Positions 24,651 through 37,921 of a stretch of DNA of 64,000 nucleotides are shown here, in pieces. The DNA comes from Marsupella aquatica (lineage: Eukaryota > Plantae > Marchantiophyta), in contig OZ316896.1 of NCBI GenBank assembly GCA_973895155.1, positions 20,076,754 through 20,140,753 on the forward strand, read 5' to 3'. The stretch's first letter is position 1. Each line of letters starts with the position of its first letter. Below the pieces are notes generated by a model. The model saw nothing but the letters and a program-made list of their open reading frames with translations, ran no database searches and was not told the origin of the DNA. A program made the translations under genes and the position numbers.

Positions 24651-27600
24651 GGAAACCACATACCACTTTTTCCTAAATACATCCATGTTGAAGTTGAGAA
24701 GTCAGCTCATCGGCTGGGCAATTTTTCCATTTTAAGATTCCTTCATAGGTAAACTCATAGTACTTCGACACCTGGTTTGCACCCAAGCGGCCAAGCGTCC
24801 ACTAATCATGGTCCACCAATCGGACTAGCGGAGCTCTTTGCTCCACAAATTATGCCTCACAGGAAGGCTCCTTCTGCAGAATGCTCTCTGTCCTCAGGCT
24901 GGAGACTCTTGGCAGAGTATAATGTTGTCGTCTTTACGTGCTCTGTCTCCTTGAGGGCTTGGAGGTCTATTCTTTCTTTTCTTTGTCCCATTGCCTAAGG
25001 TAAAGCTCTCCTCTCCTGACTCGGTAAAGTTACAGTGGGTGTTGTAACCAGATGATTAGATGAAAGGTCTCTGTCGATCTGCTTAGCCTGCAGGATTCTG
25101 AGCGCAACTTCTCGCCAGGTGAGAAGGGAAGGGAGGCACGGAAAGTCAACGACTTTCTCACAAAAGCGTTCCGCCGCGATGGACTGCCCTGTCAATCAAA
25201 ATAAAATAAACTAGAGTGCCATGTCAATAATAGCTAAGGTTGGACAGTTAGCGTTGCATGTGGCAAGTGGGGAGCATGCACTCTACGAATTTTGTAGGAT
25301 TTGGAGCTCGTGTTCCGTCCATTGCTGCAGGACTGAAGGACGTCTGTTCTCCAAAACAATGTGATACTTATATAAACTGTTGTCGCCTTGTCAGTTGGTG
25401 ATGTGCGGACTTTCAAGTGTGAATTTCTCCTTGTTGGACCCAGTCGACTTTTACAGCTGACGTGTTCTCCTTACGGGACATTCATTTAATTGTGGAGATG
25501 GTGCGTTAAATTTATATGTTATCACAAGACTTAAGGACTTGTGTGATTTTTCCTTTGCGGACTTCCTTTCCCGTATGCAGAGCTAGTTAAGGAATAATGG
25601 ATTTAGATGAATTTTCGAGCAACAAAAAGATTGTATAACTGCTAGATGAGTCCAGTGTGACGGCCTCATCAGGCGAAGAAAATCAGGATTTGTGTGGACA
25701 ACGTAGCTCAAGTGGCCCAAGATAAACTGTCGAATAGAATTGATCTCACCGTGTGTAGCACCAAACTACCACAAGAACCGCGTAGAAAGAACTATAGTAT
25801 GAAATGGAGCACGAGGTTACCTGATCTTTGAACAACACTACACACCCTGAAGGGCTGGGTGGCAGCGATCACAAAATGAAATGGAAGATTTCCGTTGGTA
25901 CATATCCACAGCTGCATATTACTATCCAAGTCTCCAATAGTCTTCAACGTCGCAAAGCAACGACGAACTGAGCAGTAGTCTGTTCGTTTTCCTAAATAAA
26001 TGGCATCTTACCGATTTCTCCCAGGCAAACGAATACACCTGTAGACCATCACCACGAGTCTCTCTTTCTTCTCCCAATGAATGCACCACGCGAATCTTGC
26101 GTGCCCGATCGAAGAAAACGCCTTGCGCACCTCACCATCTACAGTAGAATTGCTGTGCAAGTAGAAACCAATTGGAGAACATTCACTCAGCATCTGTTCC
26201 TAATTGTCTAGACAACATCCCAGAATCTTGCATGCGACTGTTTGTGCATTTAATATTGAGGCATTCCTTGAGTTACCCCTTGCACTGCAGGTGTCGAACC
26301 AGACTCTGTACGTACGTGGATCGTACTCCACGTACGTAAGGTCAGTGGAACGCACTGCAGGTCTGCCAGGCTCAGTCAACTGAGCCACAGGCTTTTCAGG
26401 TTCCGCAGTTGTCTGTGGGTAACGTAGTCCTTAAAGTTAGAGGGCTATTGTAAGACGGGTAGTCGAACAGCAGGCTTTTTAGCTCCTTGCTGTCTTATCG
26501 AGAGAAGCTATAAGTAGAGGGCACCCAAACAACTCGTATGAAGTTGGGTAGAGTGATATGGTCGGTCGGCAAACATGCACAATAATGTGTTACTGTAAGT
26601 GTAATGTAGCCTCGCACTGTAGACTTAATTTGTCAGGATTCATTCTTAGAGCCTCGATCTCGAACAATACGGCTGGCATCAGCCTTAGTAATTGAATATA
26701 GAAAAATAATGGCGTGGCAACTCGCTTGGAAGTATCGACTGATGCGACCAAATCCCGTCAGTCCCCTGGATCGACCATAGTGATCCTTTCCTATACATAT
26801 AAATGCATCCCTTCTTATACATCGAAATACACAACAAAGGATCAATTGCGCTAGAATATCAACAATGAGAGGCAATGTTTGTCCTCGTTCAATTTCTGTT
26901 GGAGAGATCACGGGCCCTATCAAAACTATAGAAGGCCTATTCTAACCAGCCAAATTAATGTTGGGCCCGACTGATCCATTCTCCCTTGGCAATACTGAGG
27001 AGTATGTGCATGTGTGTGTGTCGGGGGGAGGGCGCTTTTTGCTCTAGGATGTAGTGAATCTGTGAATGGAGAGGCTTTGACTGAGCCGAGTAGTGTCTTG
27101 GTTCTTGTTACAATTTTACCAGATGCGCTACACATTCACAGTATAGAGATCCTCAAAGGCTCACATCACTATGCCAGACACTGCGGAGGTCAGCAGCTCC
27201 TCACGACCGGTTTATAGAGTTAGCCGACCTATTCAGATTTGAGTATGGCGGCTGATTAGCCGAATCATTCATTCTCGACGCTGATGCAACTGTGTATTAA
27301 TCACATATAAGTGTGCTCTTGAACCCTTTGTCCTTTTGGGTGATGTTCATCAATCATCACATACATCGGACTATCGGAGGGGCAGACACATAATCAGACA
27401 CCCAGTGACCCAGGTCTGGTGACTTCGTGAGCCTTTCATATTGCATTCAATACTCGCACCCTCGAGAAAAGGAGGCTGTTGGCAGCAAACTTGCCTAAAT
27501 TTGGGCTCGAAAATTTTGGCGCCCTAGCTGAGCATTAACTATGAACGGTTCTAGTGTCTGACGTAAGGCTGCCCAGTAAACTCCAATCACCCGTTGGCAT

Positions 27601-29540
27601 GTTTACAAGAATTCGTTGTTGGTCCGCCATGAATTTGGTATTCTCGCTCAGCTGCCAGCCGCAATTGTAATAATAGTTCCCTTCCTCTATTGGCTCCTGA
27701 CCCTCTAGACTCTAGAGTGTGGTACTACGCATCAGGACTGGATGGGGCTTAGATTCTGCGTGGGACCATGCAGTATACTCATCTGAGCTCGTTTACTGGT
27801 TTCCAAACCCGTTCCAAAACAATCCAAACGACTACTATCAAAGAGCAAACCTCGTCACAAGCGACAATAGTGGACGCCCTCGTTGCACATCACTATAAAT
27901 ATATTTTATTTCTATTTTTTAAATCACTGTGCATATATAATATTATCATATTTTGATGTGTGATTACCACCATAGTTATAAGAGTGTGACTCACTCCTTT
28001 ATAAAATTCTACCCTGTTTAGATATTTGCTCTGCGTGTGACCCACAAACTTGAAAGTCTACTAAAGATTCTGATTGATGCTCTCACATTAGAGCATCTAC
28101 AAAGGTAGGGTCAAATGCACATGTAACGGCCAAAAAGAGCATCTAGGGGAATTCTGGAGGTATGGCTTACCACCGTGAAGAGGAGACTCTGGATACTACT
28201 TTGAAATTGCCCCTTCCCCCCAAAGTAATTATCTGGCGTTTATTGAGAGAGAAGCCTGCTGGCTAGATGGATCACAATTATGTTGACAAACCATTGAAAG
28301 CATAAACCCTTCCTGAATTTTTTCTTTTGTATGTGTGCACAAGGTTATGAGACATTATTTACCCCTAGGTGAAGCTAGGGAATCCCTAGGCCAGCCTGGC
28401 TTGGGGTTATGAAATTTGAATGAGAAATAGAGTAAAGTGCAAGTGACAGGCACTGACGGATCATATATTTCCAATGTAAAACTGAATTGAATACTGAGTG
28501 TGTAAAAATTCACTCAGTCTTTACACTTAGTAAGTCCCCTCTTTACACTTAGTAACTCCCTCGGGCTCAGTGCCCTCGGGGATCCAGCCCATTACCCCCT
28601 CTTGGGGATAGGTTACTCTACACTTAAACTAGAAGTACCAGTATAAAGTCTATGGGTAACCTGACTGTGGCTCTCATTATACAATGCACATTGTCCCTTC
28701 AATTTTACTAGGAATGGATTTGGACTCCACTTTTTATGGTGAGTTTTTATGTGTAGTACACTATTCACCAAGGGCAAGAATAAACAGTAGCCAGCATGGA
28801 ATGGGGCCCTTTTATATGGGCAGGTGTGGTTTGACAAACCCTGTTCAAACATTCATTGCTTACTCTAACAGTATATTTCCTTTAAAAAAGCCACAGATGC
28901 ATGATCAAACATTGTCAGTGGTCCACTTCAGTGTTTATTGCAAATAGCATTATCATATAAATGATGTTCAGCTTCTTTTTTAATCGGAAGCAGAAATTAC
29001 TATCACACATGCACCAACTCAAGAACAAGAGCATGCTCACAGAAAGAAAGACCCCAAAGAAAAACTCGCCCATGTGCCAACCCAATGAACCAACATATAG
29101 CTACATTGTGCTAATGCTTTTTTATTTAACTTATTAAAAGGCAAAGGTAATTCGGGGTAGGGCATTTCAACTTGGCAAGTATTTGCCAAAAAACTAACAC
29201 TGCAAATTTGCAATGCCTATTTGACAAAGTTTTACAGATATAGACACAACCATTACAATAGTAACTTTATAAAATAACAATTGTAGTGTGTGAGTGCACA
29301 AGTTCAAACATGAACAATAAAATTTTAGTGTTCACAGAGTTAATGTACGTAAACTCTAATTCTTGTTGCCCCTTCTTATCTGCAGTTGTGCTATTTGTTT
29401 CCCCCAGCAAGCCCCAGCAGTGGGGTTATCAAGGTCTTATATAAAGCTGTAAAAATATTTCCAAGGAAGTGGCTTGCGATGAGATAACAATAAAAAGCGA
29501 GACCAGCTGCGATGAGATAACAATAAAAAGCTCCATGTGA

Positions 29541-32003
29541 TTTCACCAGGGTAGTATACAGGGTGTCCATATCAGCTCTGTTGGAGTTCATACCGGTCAT
29601 AACATGTATGCTGATGATGTATATATTGTTCCTTATCCGGGCAGTCATGACCATGGTAATGAAATGCATTGAAACCTTTGACCTTTTCGGTTTAGCCTCT
29701 GGCCTGTTTTGCAATTGGGAGAAAACGAAGGCTGCCTACATCTCACCACGACCCATTACATTTGAATTCCAAAGTCTGCCTTGGAATTGGGAGAGGGATC
29801 CCGATGCGAGTAAGTTGCTGGGCGTACCTATTGCTCAACACTTCTCAGAGGAGTTGATGGTGCGTGTTCTATCTAAGAAACTGGAGAACCGGTTGGACCA
29901 GGTGCGAAGGAGCTCCTCTTCATTGGCTGCCCGGATTACTATTGCCAACCACCTGGTTTTGAGCACCTTATGGTACATGCTTACAGTTTGGGCTAGGAAG
30001 CTGGCAACTCTAGATGCAATTCAGAAGAAGGTGACTCACTTTGTCTGGGCAGGACAAAATGAGAGGGCCCGTTCTAGGGTGAATTTCTTGACTATTACCA
30101 GACCTATGAAGTTTGGTGGCTTGGGTCTCATCTCAATTGCTGCTCAATTTTGGGCCCTGGTTGGGAGTTTCATTGTCTGGGCCTTGGCAGATCAAGATAA
30201 CCCCCTCCGTAGAATTCTACAACACTCTATTCGCCAATTGTCGCTGAAGAAATGGGGTTGGGAAGACTATGCTTAGGTCTTCAACCAGTGTTACACTATT
30301 CCCTACAGGGCCTCTACTGTATGGACAAATGTATGTACTGGTTGGAATGTGATCAAGAAACACCTGCATCCAACTGCACCTTGCCATTTGGAAGGATGGT
30401 AGTCTCTCCCTCTTTGGCGACCGCACCTTAACCACATTCAAGGTAGACAGGCCAGATGTCACAGCAATCCAGAAAGGTAGATCCTTTGTGCTGGTTTCTA
30501 GGTCATGGGTGACGTCTTCTCTGTTAAGGGGCAGTTCCTGGCCCAGGAAGATGGCCCTTGTAATTGACTACCCCGCAGTTGTGCTATTGCTTATCAGAAA
30601 ATGATCTCCAACCTAAGTGGTGTTCCAAAATTTGACCAGGACCGTCGTCGACAAATTGTTATCTTCATGGAGGGATTTCTTCCCGACCTCTCCCATGTTG
30701 TGTGGGAATTCAAGGTGCAACGCAACCACTTCACTCACAGTGGAGAACTTTTGAGGCTAATTGCAAAGCTAATCGTACCTTTTAGCGTGTGTAATGGCTT
30801 CCTTTTGCCTATGGAGAAGTCCCAACCCCCGTCATCTGTACCCTACACCAGGTACTGATTAGGACACCTTTGCGGGCAGGAGCCTGACAGCGCATAGGAC
30901 GGCCATGTGATGATCTGGTGGCTGCTACTCAGTACAGCTGGAAAGATGGCAGACCCTTTTTTGATACTAGCACGACCCATCTTCGGGAAATGCAGGGCCA
31001 TGAGAGAAGCATTATGTATAGGGCCTTGCACAAGTGGTCTATACGCTTGGGATTGCACCCCTCACCTCAGGCACTCTGGCGCCAAACTTGGCTGCCATTC
31101 AGAATTGCCTTCGAGAACTGCTTCCTATGGCAGATGGTCTACTGTATCCCGGCTACGCAATACTGGCGTTTCCCTTCCTACCCTGTAGCAAACCCCATCA
31201 CCTGGTGCTCTTGTTGCAATCTTGGGGCGTAGGAAGACATTGTTCACTGCATTTGGAGTTGCCCCATTTCTCAACAGGTTTGGAAGTGGGTTCTCTACAT
31301 TTTGGAATTTGCCTCACCCGCTGGTAGGTTTCATTCTGTCATGAACCCGACCCAAATTGTTTTGGCAGTGCCACTCCCAGAGGAATGGGATGTACTGATG
31401 AAACTTTGGGATATTCTTAGAGCCTTTTCTTGCTGGAATATTTGCAAGGATAGGAGTTCCCACTTCATTGAACACACCCGCTCAGACCCATATGCTGTCA
31501 TCATAAAATCTTGGCATAGGCTTTCTATTTATATGCACAAAGATTGGCTTCAGCATGGGAAGGCTACTGCCAGTGGTATTTTTGCTGACATGTCCTTGAA
31601 CTATGGGTCTTATGCCAGCCTTTGGGAGGTTCATGAGGAGATTTTACAGGTCCCCCCCTGGTGCTCCCTAGACCTCCATGAAGTGTAGGTTGTTTTCAAG
31701 GTAGGAGTTTGTTCTGTAGATAGATCGATGAGGTAACACTTGCATGGACCCATTGGATGGTCCCCCGCCGGGGCTTCTTCACTGGCCGGTCTTACGGAGT
31801 GTGCTGCTCCCTCTACAGTGGTTGAAGGTCTTGTTTAGCTGCTCCCTCTGGGGGCCTTTCCTCTGCCATGGTGCTGGCTTCCCTGGTTTTTAGCATGTCG
31901 ACCTCCAGTCCCCTTGGGTGTTGTCCCCCCTTTTGTGGACCACCCTGTTGTACTCTGTCTCTTTGAATGGAATTCAATTTGATGTTTCAAGGCAAAAAAA
32001 AAA
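29541..32003 (+). mobile_element. 5'-truncated, decayed L1-clade LINE retrotransposon (RT C-terminus plus zf-RVT)
   Basis: YADD at 29607-29618, then after a frameshift FGLASGLFCNWEKTK..LLGVPI..GGLGLI, and a zf-RVT-like CFLWQ..CSCCN..HCIWSCP (~31100-31265). Multiple stops. A10 tail at 31994-32003. Probable TSD AAAAAGCTCCATGTGA (29525-29540) vs AAAAAGCTCACTGTGA (31999-32014). Confidence 0.92.
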
Positions 32004-34169
32004 GCTCACTGTGAGTGGACGTAGTAACAAGCAGACATTGCATTGTCTGATGAGCAATGTCCATAGAAAGAATTGATCCTGCTTGCACAGAGTTTGGCAA
32101 GATTGGGGGATAAATCTAAACGCACCGACTCGCTAGTTCTGATGCAATGGGATCTGCTGTCTGGGACCAGGAGCCCTGATTTAAATTTTCCATGGCCTGG
32201 TGAGGATTGAGAATGAGGTTTTGGTAGTAGCTCTTGCTAAATTTGCTGCTAACCGGGCGTTTCCCGCAACTGGTGGGATGCACTTATGGGGAGATCAGGT
32301 CTGTTTAGTAATTAAAGTGATTCATGTCATGGGCTCTTAGACCAGAACAACACTAATCAAATGTACGTGGAAGAGAAGCTGCAGCAAAGTACTAGGCCAT
32401 CAAACATCGAACAAACTAGAGTACATGACTGTCTCACATGCAAGTGACTCCCCCATAGTAGCTCACATAATAGCAGCCTCTAAAATGCTTGCTAGAATGG
32501 CACTAATTTATTGTCGTTTATAGCAAGTTGGACAGCTTGTGCATCCTCGCATGCGCAGGGAAATTGCTCGCAAAGCCCACCTCCAAGTTGCCTTGATACA
32601 TTAGTCTCCTCTTCACTATAAGTATATCACAGTGCCCAAGGGCAAAAAATGCTGAACCAGGAGACAAGATCCCAAATGCAAAGCAACCCAATGAAGGGGA
32701 GGAAAAGAGGGCAAAGGGCCGTACATGACGTCTCTAATTAGCATGCGAGTAGCTCCCCCATAATAGCGTTCCCTGAAACCTCCTCTACTACAACACATTA
32801 GTTGGAATCCTCCATTTCTGCTTTGTGTTGCAAAATCCCATTCAATACTTTAATATTTATTGTACCTAAAATAAATGAGAACAACTAGTAAACATAATAT
32901 ATATGCTGGCAATTCATCATGCTCACAAATGGTTCTTAGGGAGCTTTTACAAGACGGTGGGGGCAGTTTGCTGTCTCTCCATCCAAAGCAAAGATGATGA
33001 CCATTTTCTTACACAAAAGTTAAAATGCCCGAGCCAAATGTGTCATGTCTGGAAGTAATCAATGCAATTCTTTAAAAGAAGCGGCCCATGTGCTCCACTG
33101 TTTTAGACCATCTCAAGAGGTGGTCTAAATTTTTGACAAAAAACCTTAGACACATCAGGAAAAAAGGGACCCACAAGAGGCCCACCTACATATGACTAGG
33201 TTCATAATGCTCTTGCTTAATTGTGCCCCCAAGTGCATGTGGCCAGTTCACACATGTGAATGGCTAGGATTGTATCCCTCACTTGGAAAATAAAATAAAA
33301 TTGGTAACCCCAATTTCTTGTAAAGTCACCCTTAGCTTACATCATTATGATGCGAGACTTGTGAACCCAACTTTAGAAAAAAAAATAAAAATAAAAAATA
33401 AAAAAACTTTAGAAAGTCATTAACTTAGCCTCCATTTCAAAAGTCTCACTACAGTACGTCAACTCCATGTAGGCTTGTGTCTAAATGAGAGAAACTTAAA
33501 AATTCTGGTGTAGATAAATAAACTATTATATATTATAAGAATCTATGGTCGAAACATCCATTTAGGAAGATAAGGTTTGGCCTCACCATCGATCCTGACC
33601 TCTTGGGAGGTCTGTCAAAGATCCTGAGGATATCAATTATAGCAGCTGAGGTGCAGCTGAGGAGTGAGAACGTCATCACCCAATTAAAGCCGGCACCCTA
33701 ACACTAACTTGCATGGTAATTAAAGTTTAATTACGTACCATAGCTCACATTAGGCACTAATTAAATACGGTTAGTCTCAGTTGAGCCATTATAATGTTGG
33801 CTGAAAAGCACAATGGCACTGAAGCTGCAGATGTAATATTTCCGGGAGCTTCCAAGATTTTGCTCATTTTGGCAGTTTAGCCTGAGTTGCACGCATTTAT
33901 TGCTCATGCTAAGGCTATGGTTACCAATAGCAGCGATGGATAGGGAATTGTGCCGTTGGTGCACCGTTGATAATTGGATTCCGTGGTTCATTGACTAGGC
34001 TGTGCCTCTCAAAACAATTCAATTTCGAATATTTTAATATTAGTGGTAGATGAAAGTTATATATTTAGCCATGGGCAAAGTAAATTGTTTGTTTTTATGC
34101 TCCCAGTGAAGGATTCGGGCACAAGAGGTCATAATATCCTTCTATTTTTGTAAGTGCTCTGTTCATAAG

Positions 34170-35975
34170 GGCAATACGTGGTTAAGTGCAGGATTCTGGT
34201 CATTTTTTGGTCAATGCAGCAAACATGCGGTTGAGGGTTTAGGGACCATTTGCATCTATGTATCCACAGCCAAACCAAAGATGGCTCCCAAATAGAGGCT
34301 GGGATCCAGCATTCCTGCAATACTCTATCCATATTCAGTGTATTAACTTAATGTATATTTTGGGTATCACATGTGATATTACCTTAATATAAACATTCAT
34401 ATTTTATAACAGTAATGAGCCATATGCCAGTGTGTTGCACTGTGCAAGGGCCGGCCCATAGGGAGTCTGGCCAGGGCATTTATGGGGCAATGAGAAGCAC
34501 ATATGTGCCAGGGGTGCACATTTTTTGCATCAATGGTCAAGGAAAATTGCTAATTGAATCCAATGGTTGTGGATCTTTCCCACCCATGAGCTTTTTTGTA
34601 TTGGAATGAAGGACAAAAAAAGGCGGGATCCTTTAGTTTAGTTATAGATTACCTATTTTATGTTATAAAAATTATATGTTTATTTTGGAATATTTTATAC
34701 ATCTGAGTTTATAAAATTCTATGAACTACCTTCTTTTATCTCCTATGAATTAAAAAAAATTAAGTCTCCATCAAAAGTACTTATTCTGGATGGCAAGTAC
34801 ATGATTACTACAAATTTTGGAAGCCCATTTGGAAGTTGACCCCAATATTCATCTCATCTGGAATATCGATTTGACTACTGCAATATGTGGTTAACTGAGT
34901 AACTTGTGCCTAAGTGCACCTTTGATATCTTGGTTAAGTGACTAAACTGTGCTACTGCACCGTTGAATACTGCATTACATGATTAAGTGACCAAACTGTG
35001 CCTAAGTGCACTGCTGATTACTGCAATACATGGTTAGGTGCAATATTTGAGTCAGCTTTTGGGTCAATGCACCAGAAAATGTGGTTCAGGGTACAGGGAT
35101 AGATTGCAGCTGTGGATAGTGTATTGAGAGCCAAAGGTGGCTCCTGGATGTGGTCGGATACCTATCTGGCTGGAAATATTGTTGCGATTGTGAAAGTAGA
35201 GTAGACTTTGCCTAAGCATAGCATTTATAACTGTATTACGTGGTTAAGTGACTAAGTGACCAAACTGTGTCTAAGGCCATCATAAGAACGGCATTACATG
35301 GTTGAGCGTAGGCTTGTCATTGTTTTGAAGTGGAACATAGCTACTCTAGGTGGATATGTGCTAAGTGGGACAAAGGAGTGTGAGATTTCTTTGATGAAGG
35401 AGAGGTCCAATATTAGGGTCTTTCTCTTTGCCAATGCACCAAAAAATGAGATTCAAGGATTACTGACCACCTGCTGCCATGGATAGTGTATCAAGGGCCA
35501 AATGTGGCTCCCATATAGAGGCCAGGATCCAGCATTTGGTCAGGCATCTATCTTGCCATGAATATGGTTGCTGAATGTGAAGTTACAGTCTTACACTGTT
35601 CTAAATGAACTGTTGATCACTGCATTACATGGTTAAGTGACTATACTATTAATACCAAAGTATATTGTTACCATGTACAATGGCATTACATGGTTAAGTG
35701 TGGGCTGGCCATGGAGCCCCCTATTACCTCAGCCAATTTAGTTATAATGCACCAGAGTGTAGTACAAGAACCAATTGCATCTATGGATAGCATATGGACT
35801 GCTGGCAATGGTTCCTATGAATATCTTGCCAATTGTACAATCCACCGTGCCTTAGTGCAGCATTGACAAGTACATTCTGTGGTTGAGTATAAGCCGGTCA
35901 TGGTCCCCTAATAATTAGAGCATTTTTTTTTAAGGCACCCACTGTGCCTAAGTTGAAAACTGCATTATATGGCTC
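34170..35975. repeat. complex degenerate repeat region (~45-bp motif nested in ~300-400-bp units)
   Basis: Recurrent TGCATTACATGGTTAAGTG and ACTGTGCCTAAGTGCAC motifs; an AATGCACCA...GGATAG...TGGCTCC-like block recurs near 34210, 35065, 35430 and 35745. Confidence 0.7.
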
Positions 35976-36038
35976 ATACGCCACTATCCACCAAGTTTGG
36001 GGAGGACAAAATAGTACACCTTTCTATATTCTTAAGAA

Positions 36039-36039
<1 letters not shown>

Positions 36040-36072
<33 letters not shown>
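36040..36072. repeat. (ATT)n microsatellite, possibly the tail of a minus-strand SINE-like element (36040-36165)
   Basis: 11 ATT units. The adjacent sequence has a minus-strand B-box-like GGTTCAA and resembles segments at ~17150 and ~18270. Confidence 0.75.
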
Positions 36073-37921
36073 TTAAATCTGTGAAACCTCACAGAAAGGG
36101 AAGAGTCAGGGAAGAAATCGGCCACAATAGTTGAACCCAAGATCTATTAGTCTCTACTCAAGGGACAGTTGATAACTTGATAAGTGCTGGTTGGGATGTC
36201 TTCCGAACCTGGACTTGTCTGTTCCAGGGAGAGAGATTCTCAAAGCTGCTTTGTTTTTAGGGATTCTTTAGGACTGATGAGTGACTGAAATCACTTTGAT
36301 TCAAGGTTTTCTTTCGCATTACATAGTTTTGTTAGATTTCAGGCACTATAGCTTTCAGCAATGACACTTTTGTAGTATCCCTGAACGGTGCTTTTATTAG
36401 GAGGTCTCAAGCCTGACGTTAACAAGATAAGACCTTCCCATAACTCAAGTATTGTGGGACTCCTGTACAAATTATGGGAGTTGATTTTCGGCTACTGTAA
36501 GGAAGGACCGCAGACTCAACACTTAACCCATAAATTTCTGGCAACTTTGGGCAGGAATCTGGAAAATCCGGAACTCTGGAAAGGGCTACAACTGAAGGAA
36601 TGTGGGATTTGCGTCTTCATGGTGATGGCTGCTGCATTTGAGACAGGTGGGGCCATAAGTCTTGCCTTATGGGGCAAGTCAATGCTACTTCCTCTCATTT
36701 TTAAATTCCACAACTTGGTCCCATAACCAGAGGTATGAAATATACCACAAACACATAATTTTCACTAATGACCCAACTTTGCCATGCACTATTAAAAAAT
36801 AATGGGGTAGGTCGTTTTGCTCAGAAATAATTGGGTAGCTCTTTTTGCTCTTTAGTGTTTTTTCTATAGGATGACAAAAGATTTGATTGATATGAGATAG
36901 CTGTTCAGCAATGTCTTTCTCGTAGTATTGTTGAACGGTACCTTTTTGATAATAGGGTAGTTCGTTTTGCTGGGCTGGAAATAATTGAATTTCATGATTG
37001 CTTGGTTCGACAGTGTAAATTCCTGGTTTTTGGCACTTTACTAGATTGTGGAGCAGCGGGGGGTTTTTTTTTTTTCCTTTTAAAGAGAGTACGTGATTGA
37101 GCGTAAAATGGAAGGTCAAAATGTCACATAGCAGATCATTGAAACATTTGGTTGTGGACTAAAAAGGGTGTAAAGTTTTAATATCTTTTACTAAAGCATT
37201 TCATTTCATTGTAGGGATAAAAATGCACAATTTCCAAATCTGGACTTTCCGAAGTTTTCCAGTAATTCCTACTCGAAACTTACACTCTGGAGCCTATGGT
37301 CTAGAGTAAGGGGACTCTGGGTAGTGACAAGTTTTGGGGTGAGGGAACAGGTGCATGGGGAAGGAAACCATGGGCCTGATAGGTCAAATGTGTGGAGTCA
37401 ACAATCTTTCTGTTCGGGTAGCACAGGAAAAGCAGCTCCATCTGTTGTAAGGTTGTTATGTCAGCATTATGTTATTTGAGAACAGTAACATCAGCACTCA
37501 CTCTCTTGTTCGTGTAGCGTGACTAATATGCTAATATGGGAAAAAAAAAGGCTTAAGGAGAGACAGACTCGGGGATAGAAAGATTCAAGGATAACAGTGC
37601 CACGAGCGCCCACAATACAATATTGCAAACATAGCACCGGCATATCAAAAGGTTCAAGTGAAGAACTGCACACATGCACCATGAAATGATATCTTCGACG
37701 GAGTGATTATTAAATTCTACAATGTCCGTCTAGAAAGCTCTAATCCTTTTGCTTTTCGAAAACGTCTGCACCATTCCCAGAGTCACTTCTCGGGTTCCAA
37801 TCTGTTTTTAAAGCCAATCTGCGTTTCTTGATTGCAACTCGTAGATATCCTTGAATGAGTGGATAGATCCGTGAGAAAGGAGGAAGGTGCAATAATGGAT
37901 GAAACTCTTCCACAGACCATT

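Noticed and set aside
30316-31146. TACTGTA at 30316 and 31140 as transposon footprints
   Set aside because: Both sit in frame within LINE ORF2 codons, so they need not be insertions.
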